Of a stretch of 64,000 bases of DNA, positions 21,030 through 29,385 are shown piece by piece. How positions within the stretch are numbered: position 1 is the first letter of the stretch; each line of letters starts with the position of its first letter. The stretch spans positions 73,421 through 137,420 of the forward strand of contig CBDDTI010000295.1 of assembly GCA_965233585.1 (NCBI GenBank). The letters are read 5' to 3'. This DNA comes from a bacterium. Lineage in GTDB: Bacteria > SAR324 > NAC60-12. The translations under genes were made by a program, and so were the position numbers. A model generated the notes under the pieces. The model saw nothing but the letters and a program-made list of their open reading frames with translations. It was not told the origin of the DNA and searched no databases.

Positions 21030-23726
21030 ATGCGATTGATTCTATTTTGCATCATCTCAAACCTTGTGTTGACCGCATGTATTACCAAAATTGTTCCCCG
21101 TGTCTCAATTCACGAGTTTGATGACCGTCCCAGCCTTTTAAAAAATCCTCCCTCTCCTCTTGTTTCTGAATTGTTTGTCAGACTGCAACTTGACTACATT
21201 GAGGTCAATCGGCTGAAACCCGATGCCATGCTTATTTCCGCATTTCATCAACTTGACAATGCTGTTCCAGAGATTAACATTCAGCTCAAGCAAGGATTGG
21301 AAGATGCCAAGTCGCCCATTCTTGCCATTCAAACCTCTGTGCAAGATTACCAAATCCCTGTGTCTGATTTGTCCGATCTGTCTGATTTAAATCTGACCCT
21401 TCAACAAACACTCAATCTTTTAAAAAAAGACTTGCCTCAATCAAAATGGGTCAAGGCAGAACAAGCCATCGTCAAGGGAATCCTTGCAACACTTGACCCG
21501 CATTCTAGTGCAATCTTCACTGCTCAATACCAAAATTTTCAAGAACGTGTGCAAGGACAGTTTGGAGGAATTGGTGTTGTAGTCCAACATGATGCCAAAA
21601 AAGGCTTAAAAATTTTGCAAGTCATTCGTAACTCTCCTGCATACACTTCAGGTTTAAAATCTGGTGAATGGATTACAGAAATTGATGATGAATCAGTCAA
21701 GTCAATGGACCGGACTTCTGCAAAATCACAGTTGCAGGGACTCATTGGGACTCCTGTCAAACTTAAAATTCTCAAAGCTGACCAAAGTAAATATCATGTC
21801 AACTTGCCACGAGCTATCATTCATGCACCTAGTGTTGAAGTAGAAAGGATTCAATCTAAAATCCTTTTGATTCAAATTAAAGTGTTTCAGCAGAACACTG
21901 TCGCTCAGTTGTACGATGCACTAAGTCAAACCGAAGGCATTGAAGGCATCATTCTTGACATACGAGACAATCTTGGAGGATTGCTGCAGCAAGCGGCATT
22001 GACTGCAAATTTTTTTCTACCTCCAAACAAAAAAATCACCTCCACCGAAGGCACTTTGGAACAGGCTTTTGTCTCTCAATGGATTTTGAAAGACCAGAGA
22101 TTGAATACAATCCCTCTTGCTATCCTTATTAATCGTGTCAGTGCATCTGGTTCAGAAATTGTTGCTTCTGCATTAAAAGAACGCCCCAATACAGTCTTGC
22201 TTGGTGAACGAACCTTTGGCAAAGGTTCTGTCCAACATCTCCAAGCAGTTGGAGACATACACGGGTTGAAGCTCACTGTCGCCAAATATTTGACTCCAAA
22301 TGGGGACTCTATTCAAGCGGTTGGGGAAGTTCCACACATCAAAATTCTCCCAATCTATTGGGATCAAACATATCAAAAATTCTTGGTCAAAAGCTATCCC
22401 CCCAGAGAAGAAAATTTAGCAAGGGTGTTTAAATGGGGTGAACCTACCACTTCTGCTGACTTTGAGTTACAATATCTTCAAGCCTTTGGTTCTAACCAAA
22501 GTTTAACAAAAATATTTAATTTTTTACCCTCATACGATCCTCAAATGCCAGAAGATTTTGTGAAAGACTTTGCAGTCAAAAGTTTAAAACAAATCTCAAA
22601 CGTCAAAGATCATCTGAAAAAAGATGACCTCAAAGAAATTGCACTCGCCCTTGCAAAACAAGTACAGGTAGAAGAAGAACAAAAGATGCTTCAGGTTTTG
22701 AAAGATTCTGGAATTAATTGGGGAAGGGAATCTGGTTTTGTAAGTGAACCAGATGTCAATTTTCAAGTGTCATGGGAAGAATCTGATGTTTCTACAAATT
22801 TGTCTAAAGACGGTCATACCTTCCGTTTGCGTTGGAGTCTTCAAAGTCAAAATGACGCACTGGACAGGCTTAAAATGAGAGTCAGAGTGTTGAATCAACC
22901 CGGTCCCATTTGGGAGCTTCCTATTGGACGTTTGGAAGCCAACAAAACCATTTCACAAGAACAAGAATTGCTTTTGCCATACCGTGAGGCGTTCAGATTG
23001 CAAGCACAACTATTGGACGAAAAAGAAAGGGTTCTTTCAAAACATGACAAAATTGTCATTCCTAAACCAGTAGAAGCACCAAAATTGAAAGTGCAATTTG
23101 CTATCAGAGACAATGGAGACTGGGGGTCTCGTGGCAATGGCAATGGGGTTGTTGAACCTGATGAAAAAATTGCATTGAGAATCAACATTTCCAATCATGG
23201 CAGCCGAGCAACGGGAAAGCTGAGAGCCACTCTAAAACCCAAACATACTATTAAATCTATTAGGCAGACAGGACGTCTCCCAAAATTAAAATCAGGTGAA
23301 ACGGGGTCTATGACCATGCTTTACACCACAAAACAAAAATCAGCGCTATTCATTGACCAACTTGACCTTTCAGATTCACTTTTTCAATCCAATCATCTAT
23401 CCTATCGCTTGAATCTCACACAAGCAGAACACCTCCAGAATTGTTGTGACATTCCTGAAGTGTCTTTGAAGGTTTTGGAAAAAACAGAAGATGGTCAGGT
23501 CAAAATTCAAGCAAAGATCATGGCAAACGAAACAATCCAGTCTGCTTTACTTGCCAGAAATGAAAAAAAGATTGCGTTCTTTCATCTTCAAAAAAAGACT
23601 TTTGACGAACAAAAAAAAGTCAATTTGCAAAAAGGTTTCAACCGTTTCTCAATCACCGTCACGACACAACATGGTTTGACACTCAAAAAATCTCTGACTT
23701 TATGGCATCCCTATAAACCATTATGA
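21030..23726 (+). CDS. S41 family C-terminal processing peptidase (lipoprotein) with a long C-terminal extension
   Basis: Lipobox LVLTAC. PDZ segment (FGGIGVVVQHDAKKGLKILQVIRNSPAYTSGLKSGEWI). S41 motifs (DIRDNLGGLL, SASGSEIVASAL, GERTFGKGSVQ). About 450 extra C-terminal residues belong to no family I recognise. Confidence 0.85.
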   Translation: MRLILFCIISNLVLTACITKIVPRVSIHEFDDRPSLLKNPPSPLVSELFVRLQLDYIEVNRLKPDAMLISAFHQLDNAVPEINIQLKQGLEDAKSPILAIQTSVQDYQIPVSDLSDLSDLNLTLQQTLNLLKKDLPQSKWVKAEQAIVKGILATLDPHSSAIFTAQYQNFQERVQGQFGGIGVVVQHDAKKGLKILQVIRNSPAYTSGLKSGEWITEIDDESVKSMDRTSAKSQLQGLIGTPVKLKILKADQSKYHVNLPRAIIHAPSVEVERIQSKILLIQIKVFQQNTVAQLYDALSQTEGIEGIILDIRDNLGGLLQQAALTANFFLPPNKKITSTEGTLEQAFVSQWILKDQRLNTIPLAILINRVSASGSEIVASALKERPNTVLLGERTFGKGSVQHLQAVGDIHGLKLTVAKYLTPNGDSIQAVGEVPHIKILPIYWDQTYQKFLVKSYPPREENLARVFKWGEPTTSADFELQYLQAFGSNQSLTKIFNFLPSYDPQMPEDFVKDFAVKSLKQISNVKDHLKKDDLKEIALALAKQVQVEEEQKMLQVLKDSGINWGRESGFVSEPDVNFQVSWEESDVSTNLSKDGHTFRLRWSLQSQNDALDRLKMRVRVLNQPGPIWELPIGRLEANKTISQEQELLLPYREAFRLQAQLLDEKERVLSKHDKIVIPKPVEAPKLKVQFAIRDNGDWGSRGNGNGVVEPDEKIALRINISNHGSRATGKLRATLKPKHTIKSIRQTGRLPKLKSGETGSMTMLYTTKQKSALFIDQLDLSDSLFQSNHLSYRLNLTQAEHLQNCCDIPEVSLKVLEKTEDGQVKIQAKIMANETIQSALLARNEKKIAFFHLQKKTFDEQKKVNLQKGFNRFSITVTTQHGLTLKKSLTLWHPYKPL

Positions 23727-24763
23727 TTCTTGCCACTCAACTGGCTTGGAGAAGCCTTAAAAATCATCTCCGTTTCAGCACCTTCTTTACTTTCAATCTA
23801 GCGCTTGCGCTGAGTGGTTTAACCATACTTTACTCTTTGCAAGAGTCCATCAATGTCAGCTTGAAAGAGCGAGCAAAAGTTTTACTAGGGGCTGATTTGT
23901 TCATTTCTTCTTACCAAAAGTTTGATAAAAATCAGGTCAAATTGATAGATGACACCTTACAACCTGTTGCATCACAAAGTGATCAAGTCAAACTTTTTTC
24001 AATGGTTGTCAGCAATCAGAGGTCTAAGTTAACTCATGTCATTGGCATTGATTCACAGTTTCCATTGTATGGAGAATTGACGCTTGAATCAGGTGAACCT
24101 TCTCTGGCTGAAAAGCAAGACTTTGCAAGTCAACCAAAAGTTTGGGCTTCACCAGAGTTTTTAGAATCTTTGAGAACGTCCCAAGGAGAGATGGTCAAGA
24201 TTGGTCAAGTTAACTTTGAAATTACAGGCATCATTGCAGAAGCACCACCAGAGACCCTTTCATTGTTTGCAGGGATTCCTAAAATTTATGTGTCTGTCTC
24301 ACAACTGAAACAGACAGGGTTACTGGAATTTGGAAGCCGTATTTTGTATGGGCGGTTTTATAAACTAGACCAACCAACAGAGGAAGTGGCAGAACGTTCA
24401 GAAAAAATCAGAGAAGTGTTGAGACCCTCAAAAAACACAGTGTCTGAAATCAGAATCAGGACAATTACAGACAGCAATTCACAATTTGGTGATTTGACAC
24501 AACGTCTTGGTCGCTTTTTAGGATTAAGTGCCTTGACAGCGTTGTTTTTAGGAGGCGTCGGCGTAGCTTATCTGTTCAGACATTTTTTAGAAAGTCAACT
24601 GCAATCTTTTGCAATTTTAATGAGTCTTGGAAGCTCAAGAAGCCAAGCACAACTTGTCGTTTTGATGCAGTTGGTTTTGTTAGGCATTGCAGGGTCTTTG
24701 CTGGCACTTGGTATGACTAGCCTTTTCATGTCTTTGGCTTCCTTCATGCTATGGCTACTGTGA
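23723..24763 (+). CDS. FtsX/YbbP-like ABC-transporter permease, N-terminal portion only (possibly truncated)
   Basis: The N-terminal TM segment plus AKVLLGADLFISS and a periplasmic domain resemble YbbP-type permeases. The ORF ends inside the FtsX TM bundle (last TM missing). No ATPase partner is adjacent. Confidence 0.55.
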   Translation: MILATQLAWRSLKNHLRFSTFFTFNLALALSGLTILYSLQESINVSLKERAKVLLGADLFISSYQKFDKNQVKLIDDTLQPVASQSDQVKLFSMVVSNQRSKLTHVIGIDSQFPLYGELTLESGEPSLAEKQDFASQPKVWASPEFLESLRTSQGEMVKIGQVNFEITGIIAEAPPETLSLFAGIPKIYVSVSQLKQTGLLEFGSRILYGRFYKLDQPTEEVAERSEKIREVLRPSKNTVSEIRIRTITDSNSQFGDLTQRLGRFLGLSALTALFLGGVGVAYLFRHFLESQLQSFAILMSLGSSRSQAQLVVLMQLVLLGIAGSLLALGMTSLFMSLASFMLWLL

Positions 24764-24767
24764 TGTC

Positions 24768-25286
24768 ATGACAACAGAACTCTATCAATTTTTGGAACAT
24801 CATCAAATCCGTTACCAACTCTTTGAACACCCCGCTGTCTTCACGGTGCAAGATTCTGAAAAATTGAATCTGCAAATAGAAGGAGGAAAAACCAAAAATT
24901 TGTTCTTGAGAGATGCCAAAGGTAAGAAACACTTTTTGGTCACTCTTGAGGCTTCTAAGTCAGCAGATTTAAAAGCACTTGCTAAGCAGATGAATTGCAG
25001 TCGTTTAGGCTTTGCCTCTGCAGAAAGACTACAACACCATTTGGGGGTTGCTCCGGGTTCTGTGAGCTTACTGGCATTAGTCCATGACCAGCAACATCAA
25101 GTAGAAGTTTGGATTGACCAAGATTTATGGAAAGAACAATTTGTCTTATGCCACCCCATGACCAACACCAGTACTCTACAAATTCCTTTATCCGATATGG
25201 AACAATTTTTTAAGAAAACGGGTCACAACTTCCAGCTGGTCAAGCTCAAAGCTCAACAACCACCTGCAATAGAAGGAACGATTTGA
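24768..25286 (+). CDS. YbaK/ProX-type aminoacyl-tRNA editing (deacylase) domain protein
   Basis: 172 aa. The pattern ...GGKTKNLFLRD.KGK..LV... and GV.PGSVS..AL is typical of prolyl-tRNA-synthetase-associated editing domains. Confidence 0.7.
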   Translation: MTTELYQFLEHHQIRYQLFEHPAVFTVQDSEKLNLQIEGGKTKNLFLRDAKGKKHFLVTLEASKSADLKALAKQMNCSRLGFASAERLQHHLGVAPGSVSLLALVHDQQHQVEVWIDQDLWKEQFVLCHPMTNTSTLQIPLSDMEQFFKKTGHNFQLVKLKAQQPPAIEGTI

Positions 25287-25534
25287 ATAACATCATCAGC
25301 TTTGGTCGGTGTTTCTAAATTAGAGCTATAACGAATGTCATCATCATTCAGATAAACATTGATAAAACTGCGAATGTTCTGGTCTTGGTCATACAGATTG
25401 GCTTTCAAATCGGGATAACGTTGGCAAAGTTGTACAAAAGCCTCACCAACGGTCTGAGCCGATTCAATGGAGATGGATTCTTGATTATTGGCATGACGTT
25501 GCAGTGCAGAGGGGATTTCAATGGTAATGGACAT
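25253..25534 (-). CDS. MoaD/ThiS-family ubiquitin-like sulfur-carrier protein (CysO-like) ending in GG-Cys
   Basis: 93 aa. A beta-grasp carrier pattern is present (VYLNDDDIRY...T...DDVIQIVPSIAGG). I checked the codons by hand: ATT GCA GGT GGT TGT TGA gives I-A-G-G-C-stop. It lies immediately downstream of the cysteine synthase gene on the same strand. Confidence 0.75.
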   Translation of the reverse strand: MSITIEIPSALQRHANNQESISIESAQTVGEAFVQLCQRYPDLKANLYDQDQNIRSFINVYLNDDDIRYSSNLETPTKADDVIQIVPSIAGGC

Positions 25535-25578
25535 AGTCGGTTTTTTAATGATTAGGGTTTATAAAGAATGGGGAAGTG

Positions 25579-26490
25579 TTATTTTGTAAAATCCCAAAAT
25601 TTTTCTTCCAAATATTTAGAGGCGTTGTCAGCTAGCACGGTGGCAACCACACTATCGGGGGCATCGCAAGCCACTTGACGAGCGGCATGTAAAGATGCCG
25701 CACTAGACACGCTTAACAAAAGACCTTCTTTTTTGGCAACTTCGTCTATCACTTGATAGGCATCTTCTGTGGAACAGGACATTTTGACATCAGCAAAGGT
25801 GCTGTCATAAAAGTCTGGTTGAATGGCAGATTCCATGTGCTTCCAGCCTTCTATTCCATGCAATGCTTGGTCAGGTTGCACTTCTATCACTTGAATTTTT
25901 GGGTTGACTTTTTTTAAATAGCGTCCAACCCCCATCAAAGTCCCTGAAGTGCCAACTCCTGCCACAAAATGCGTGATGGCTTCTTCCGTTTGTGCATAAA
26001 TTTCAGGTCCTGTTGTTTTAAAATGAGCCTTCCAGTTGGCTTCATTGGCATATTGATTGGCATAAAAGTACAAATCGGGGTCTTCTTGAACAAGCCTTTG
26101 AGCCTCCCTAATCGCACCATCTGATGAATGCTTGGCGTCAGTCAAAACAAGTTCTGCTCCGTATGCAGAAATGATCCTTCTGCGAGAACGCGTAACACTT
26201 TCAGGCATACAAAGTTTGACACGATACCCCAAAACTGCTCCAATCATAGCATAAGCGATTCCTGTATTGCCTGATGTGGCATCAAGTAAAATTTGGTCTT
26301 GAGTGAGTTCTCCATATTTCGCTGCCTTCTCAATGATATGACTTGCCGCACGGTCTTTGACAGAACCACCGGGATTATACCACTCTGCTTTGGCATAAAG
26401 CACGCCTTCAGGACAAAAACGATTCATGCGGAACAAAGGAGTATTTCCAATCGCAGAAAGATATTCAAAACTTGGCAATGTTTTCACCAC
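25579..26490 (-). CDS. PLP-dependent cysteine synthase (CysM/CysK family)
   Basis: 303 aa. PLP-lysine region NPGGSVKDRAA, SGNTGIAYA loop, GVGTSGTLMG. Confidence 0.9.
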   Translation of the reverse strand: MVKTLPSFEYLSAIGNTPLFRMNRFCPEGVLYAKAEWYNPGGSVKDRAASHIIEKAAKYGELTQDQILLDATSGNTGIAYAMIGAVLGYRVKLCMPESVTRSRRRIISAYGAELVLTDAKHSSDGAIREAQRLVQEDPDLYFYANQYANEANWKAHFKTTGPEIYAQTEEAITHFVAGVGTSGTLMGVGRYLKKVNPKIQVIEVQPDQALHGIEGWKHMESAIQPDFYDSTFADVKMSCSTEDAYQVIDEVAKKEGLLLSVSSAASLHAARQVACDAPDSVVATVLADNASKYLEEKFWDFTK

Positions 26491-26665
26491 ACTTTTAAGA
26501 TAAGATGTTTGATAAACAAACCTAAAATTCTAGGCTGATTCAGCAGAATTTTCAATCACTTCTTATGAGTTTTTTGAAGCGCTTTTGAAAAGTGATTGAG
26601 TCTTGCTAAAGAAAAAGTCAGAATGTTTTGAGCCAGCTCAATCTTGATTAAAATTTGACTAAAAA

Positions 26666-27019
26666 ATGATGGAATGGATTTTGAAGTTTTGGATTGCCAC
26701 ATGGTCTTTACTTGCAATCCTTTTTGGGACATGGACGATTTGGGGGCTGTCAGATTCATCAAAACGTCCTGAGAATAGACCAACTAAAAAAGTATTAGGA
26801 GTTTGTGCAGATTTTTCAGTTCAAGCCAAGATGCCCCTTTGGTTTGTGCGAATGTGTGCTGTGCTTTTCATTCCTTTACTGCTGGGCATCGTGTTTTACC
26901 TTGCCTATTATTGGGCAATACTTCAAAGACGTCCCAAAGAACCACCAACCCCAAAACAAAAACCACCAGCCAAATCACACGACGTCCAAATCACACGCAT
27001 GGACTCTTATCACTTTTGA
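26666..27019 (+). CDS. PspC-domain membrane protein
   Basis: 117 aa. GVCADFSVQAKMPLWFVRMCAVLF followed by a TM helix matches the PspC-domain pattern (GVC.G.A......VR..fv). The C-terminus is a basic Pro-rich tail. Confidence 0.6.
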   Translation: MMEWILKFWIATWSLLAILFGTWTIWGLSDSSKRPENRPTKKVLGVCADFSVQAKMPLWFVRMCAVLFIPLLLGIVFYLAYYWAILQRRPKEPPTPKQKPPAKSHDVQITRMDSYHF

Positions 27020-27278
27020 AAGATTCACTTGCATTTTTGAACTACTCTGAACACCCTAGCAACTGACCAAACATGACAAAATTTTGACCATTTTGACTTT
27101 CTTTATAAAAAATATAGACCTTGTTTTTTTTCAAAACACCCTTTCTAAGTATCGTGTTCAGAGTCTCTTTAAAACTAAAATGAAGAGATTATCAAGGCTT
27201 TGGAAGATTTTATGAGTGATAAAATACTCGTGAATGCTTAACACAGCAAGTAACCGAAAAAAGAAGATCAAAAAACAC

Positions 27279-27308
27279 TTGACTCTTATTTCTTTAATCA
27301 GTTAGAAT
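27279..27308 (+). promoter_or_regulatory. sigma70-like promoter (TTGACT-N18-TAGAAT) pointing at the IS1 copy B insertion site and the 28131 gene
   Basis: Sequence cacTTGACTcttatttctttaatcagtTAGAATctc. It has the same architecture as the promoter at 1039-1068. The IS1 left end begins 34 nt downstream of the -10. Confidence 0.45.
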
Positions 27309-27341
27309 CTCTCCCTTCTAAACATAGTGTTTAGGTTTTTT

Positions 27342-28101
27342 GGCATTGTTAAGTAATAAGTGATAGCTGATTATTCCGTTTTGCCATGAACAAAAGAACA
27401 GAATATTGTAATGCTTTAAGAGACTTGCTGTAACATTTGGTTTTCCTTCTCATTCTTGCCAAGAAATGTCTCAAGAGAGAATTATACTCTTCTACCGTGT
27501 ATGTTTCTGCCTTGGAACATGTATGAATTTCTTTGGGAATGACTTGTTTGTAAGCCTTCCAGTGATCAGTCATCACCTGAAGAGGTTTTGTTTCCTTGAC
27601 CTTGTCCCATAAATGCCTACAGGCTTTTGAGTCTCTGTTTCCAAGCACACAATTGATAAATTGCTTCCCACATCTATCAACAGCAATCCAGAGCCAGCAG
27701 TAGTTTTTTTTGACTGGATGTAGGTGTGCATTTCATCAATTTCCATAATTTCAATGTCTGTGTCCTTTCTTAATGCCTTGAGCTGTTCGCCAAAACTACA
27801 GACCCAATTATAAACTGAAACATGAGAACAATTCAGCAAACGACCGATTGACCTGAAACCAAGACCCTCCAAATACAACTCTAATGCTCTTCTTTTGATC
27901 TGTGGTGAGATTTGACCACGATAGGACTTGGTATATTGATAGTTGCAGGCATTGCAACGCCTCCTCGGTTTACCATATAAAAAACCATTCTTAACCGTCT
28001 TCTCACTTTCACATCTAGGACACGACTTCATTGCTACACCATGACTATCAATTCAATTAAATGAACTTAATATCGCATATCACTTATAGTTTAACAATAC
28101 C
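27342..28101 (-). mobile_element. IS1-family insertion sequence, copy B (760 bp)
   Basis: Same terminal inverted repeats as copy A (27342-27365 and 28078-28101). I noticed about 8 substitutions relative to copy A by eye. Its own 8-bp direct repeat GGTTTTTT lies at 27334-27341 and 28102-28109. Confidence 0.9.
27349..28031 (-). CDS. IS1-family transposase (InsAB'-type, putative -1 frameshift at the A8 run 27704-27711)
   Basis: ORFs 27573..28031 and 27349..27648 are near-identical to those of copy A. The differences I saw are L3S, R->C, Y->C, C->W, I->V and G->E. Confidence 0.85.
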
Positions 28102-28130
28102 GGTTTTTTTAATCTGTAAGGAGAATTAAC

Positions 28131-29381
28131 ATGAAACAGAATTTTAGCGCAAAATTATCCGCAATCCGCAATCCGCAATCCGCAATCCGCAATCCGCAAT
28201 CCGCAATCCGCAATCCGCAATCCGCAATCCGCAATCCGCAATCCGCAATCCGCAATCCGCAATCCGCAATCCGCAATCTATATAGGCTAACCCCGCTTTT
28301 TCAAAAGTCAAGACAAAAATGGAAATTCTTTGCGTTTTCGTCAAAAAATTCTCTCACCTACTCAAATCTCACTTCTTCAAACTCTTTCTCATTCTTCTCA
28401 CGATTTTTGCGATCTTTGCCTGTGGTAAAAATGGCTTTGATGATCGGAATTAGCTGGATGGCTGTTGGTTGTACGCTCCCTTTTGTTGCTCCTGGATTTG
28501 ATCCAACGCTCTACCCAAACCCACCAACCTACCCCAACAATTCATTATCAGAGCGAGCAGTCAAAGTACCACTCGGTTCAGAAGCATTTAGAGAAGGTTT
28601 ATTCGGTGCAAAATGGACACGAGGCGTCGAAATATTATGGTTTGATACAGATACTCTTGCTATTGCTTATCTAACTACTGAAGAATCTGAAGAAAAGGGA
28701 CAGAATGCCTTTTACTTTTCAGTGCCTAAAAACGCATTTATTGAAGGAGATTCAACTCTTTTTGATGCAATGGATAATTTTCGTAATCTCACTGAATTGA
28801 GTTACAAAAATGTGGATAGCACTGCCTCTCGTGCCCTCACTTTTTTGAGTGTTGCTGCAGGAAATGACAACTATCAGCCATGTATTGAATCTGAAAGTTC
28901 TCCAATTAGCACTTTGGATGGAAAATATTCAATAACCCTGTTGCTGTCAGACTATACTGGTGATGATTGCGATAGACCAACACAGGATGGTGATGGTATA
29001 TTTGATTACCAAGATATATACATGAGATACAGAATAAAAGGAGACAATTCAAAAAAAGAACTTATATTTACGAAGAAGTTTGAAAGTATTAGTCATTATA
29101 ATAGAGGACGTGGCGCCCGGACTATGTATCTTACAGAAGATAAAAAATATTTGGTTACGTCAAGGGGCATTGTTAGTCTTGATTCTCTCAAAATGATTGA
29201 TTATGCACCTACTTATCCTGAGGCAGACGGACTGCAGACTCGGACTCCACCCGCAATGTATGGAGCTTTTATTAGCCCAACTTTAGATAAGGTTGCCCTT
29301 TTGTATTACGTAGAAGATGCTAATTCAAAGACGGAATACTACCTAGAAATCACTGATTTTATTTTACCTGAAACGGAGTAG
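28131..29381 (+). CDS. Hypothetical lipoprotein-like protein with an N-terminal extension encoded through a heptanucleotide repeat
   Basis: ATG at 28131 with a strong SD (AAGGAG, 8-nt spacing). The frame runs through (CCGCAAT)17, read as (SAIRNPQ)n, into an internal signal/lipobox-like segment MALMIGISWMAVGC (from 28431) and a mature domain of about 300 aa with no family I recognise. Confidence 0.6.
   Translation: MKQNFSAKLSAIRNPQSAIRNPQSAIRNPQSAIRNPQSAIRNPQSAIRNLYRLTPLFQKSRQKWKFFAFSSKNSLTYSNLTSSNSFSFFSRFLRSLPVVKMALMIGISWMAVGCTLPFVAPGFDPTLYPNPPTYPNNSLSERAVKVPLGSEAFREGLFGAKWTRGVEILWFDTDTLAIAYLTTEESEEKGQNAFYFSVPKNAFIEGDSTLFDAMDNFRNLTELSYKNVDSTASRALTFLSVAAGNDNYQPCIESESSPISTLDGKYSITLLLSDYTGDDCDRPTQDGDGIFDYQDIYMRYRIKGDNSKKELIFTKKFESISHYNRGRGARTMYLTEDKKYLVTSRGIVSLDSLKMIDYAPTYPEADGLQTRTPPAMYGAFISPTLDKVALLYYVEDANSKTEYYLEITDFILPETE
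28157..28278 (+). repeat. Perfect heptanucleotide microsatellite (CCGCAAT)x17
   Basis: Hand count gives 28159-28277 = 119 nt = 17 exact units, plus partial units at both ends. The tract has no stop codon in any of the six frames. Confidence 0.95.
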
Positions 29382-29385
29382 AACG

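Noticed and set aside
26556-27066. Alternative ORFs around the PspC-domain gene (26556..26783 minus, 26803..27066 and 26805..27050 plus)
   Set aside because: Only the 26666..27019 frame gives the PspC-like motif followed by a TM helix. The others are overlapping frames of the same stop-poor stretch.
1080-28101. The two identical IS1 copies in the same orientation as the ends of a 27-kb composite transposon
   Set aside because: Each copy has its own different 8-bp target duplication (AAATTTTG and GGTTTTTT), so they inserted independently. The interior carries essential core genes (rpoBC, polA, metG).
28157-28278. CRISPR array (also considered for 50331-51011, 52589-53262 and 56162-56400)
   Set aside because: None has the repeat-spacer-repeat structure. 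The 7-bp tract is a microsatellite. The arrays of about 170 bp and about 85 bp are contiguous tandem repeats without unique spacers. No cas genes are present.
28144-28344. Minus-strand ORF (..CGLRIADCGLRIAD..) over the heptanucleotide tract
   Set aside because: It exists only because the repeat has no stops in any frame. There is no SD and no continuation outside the tract.
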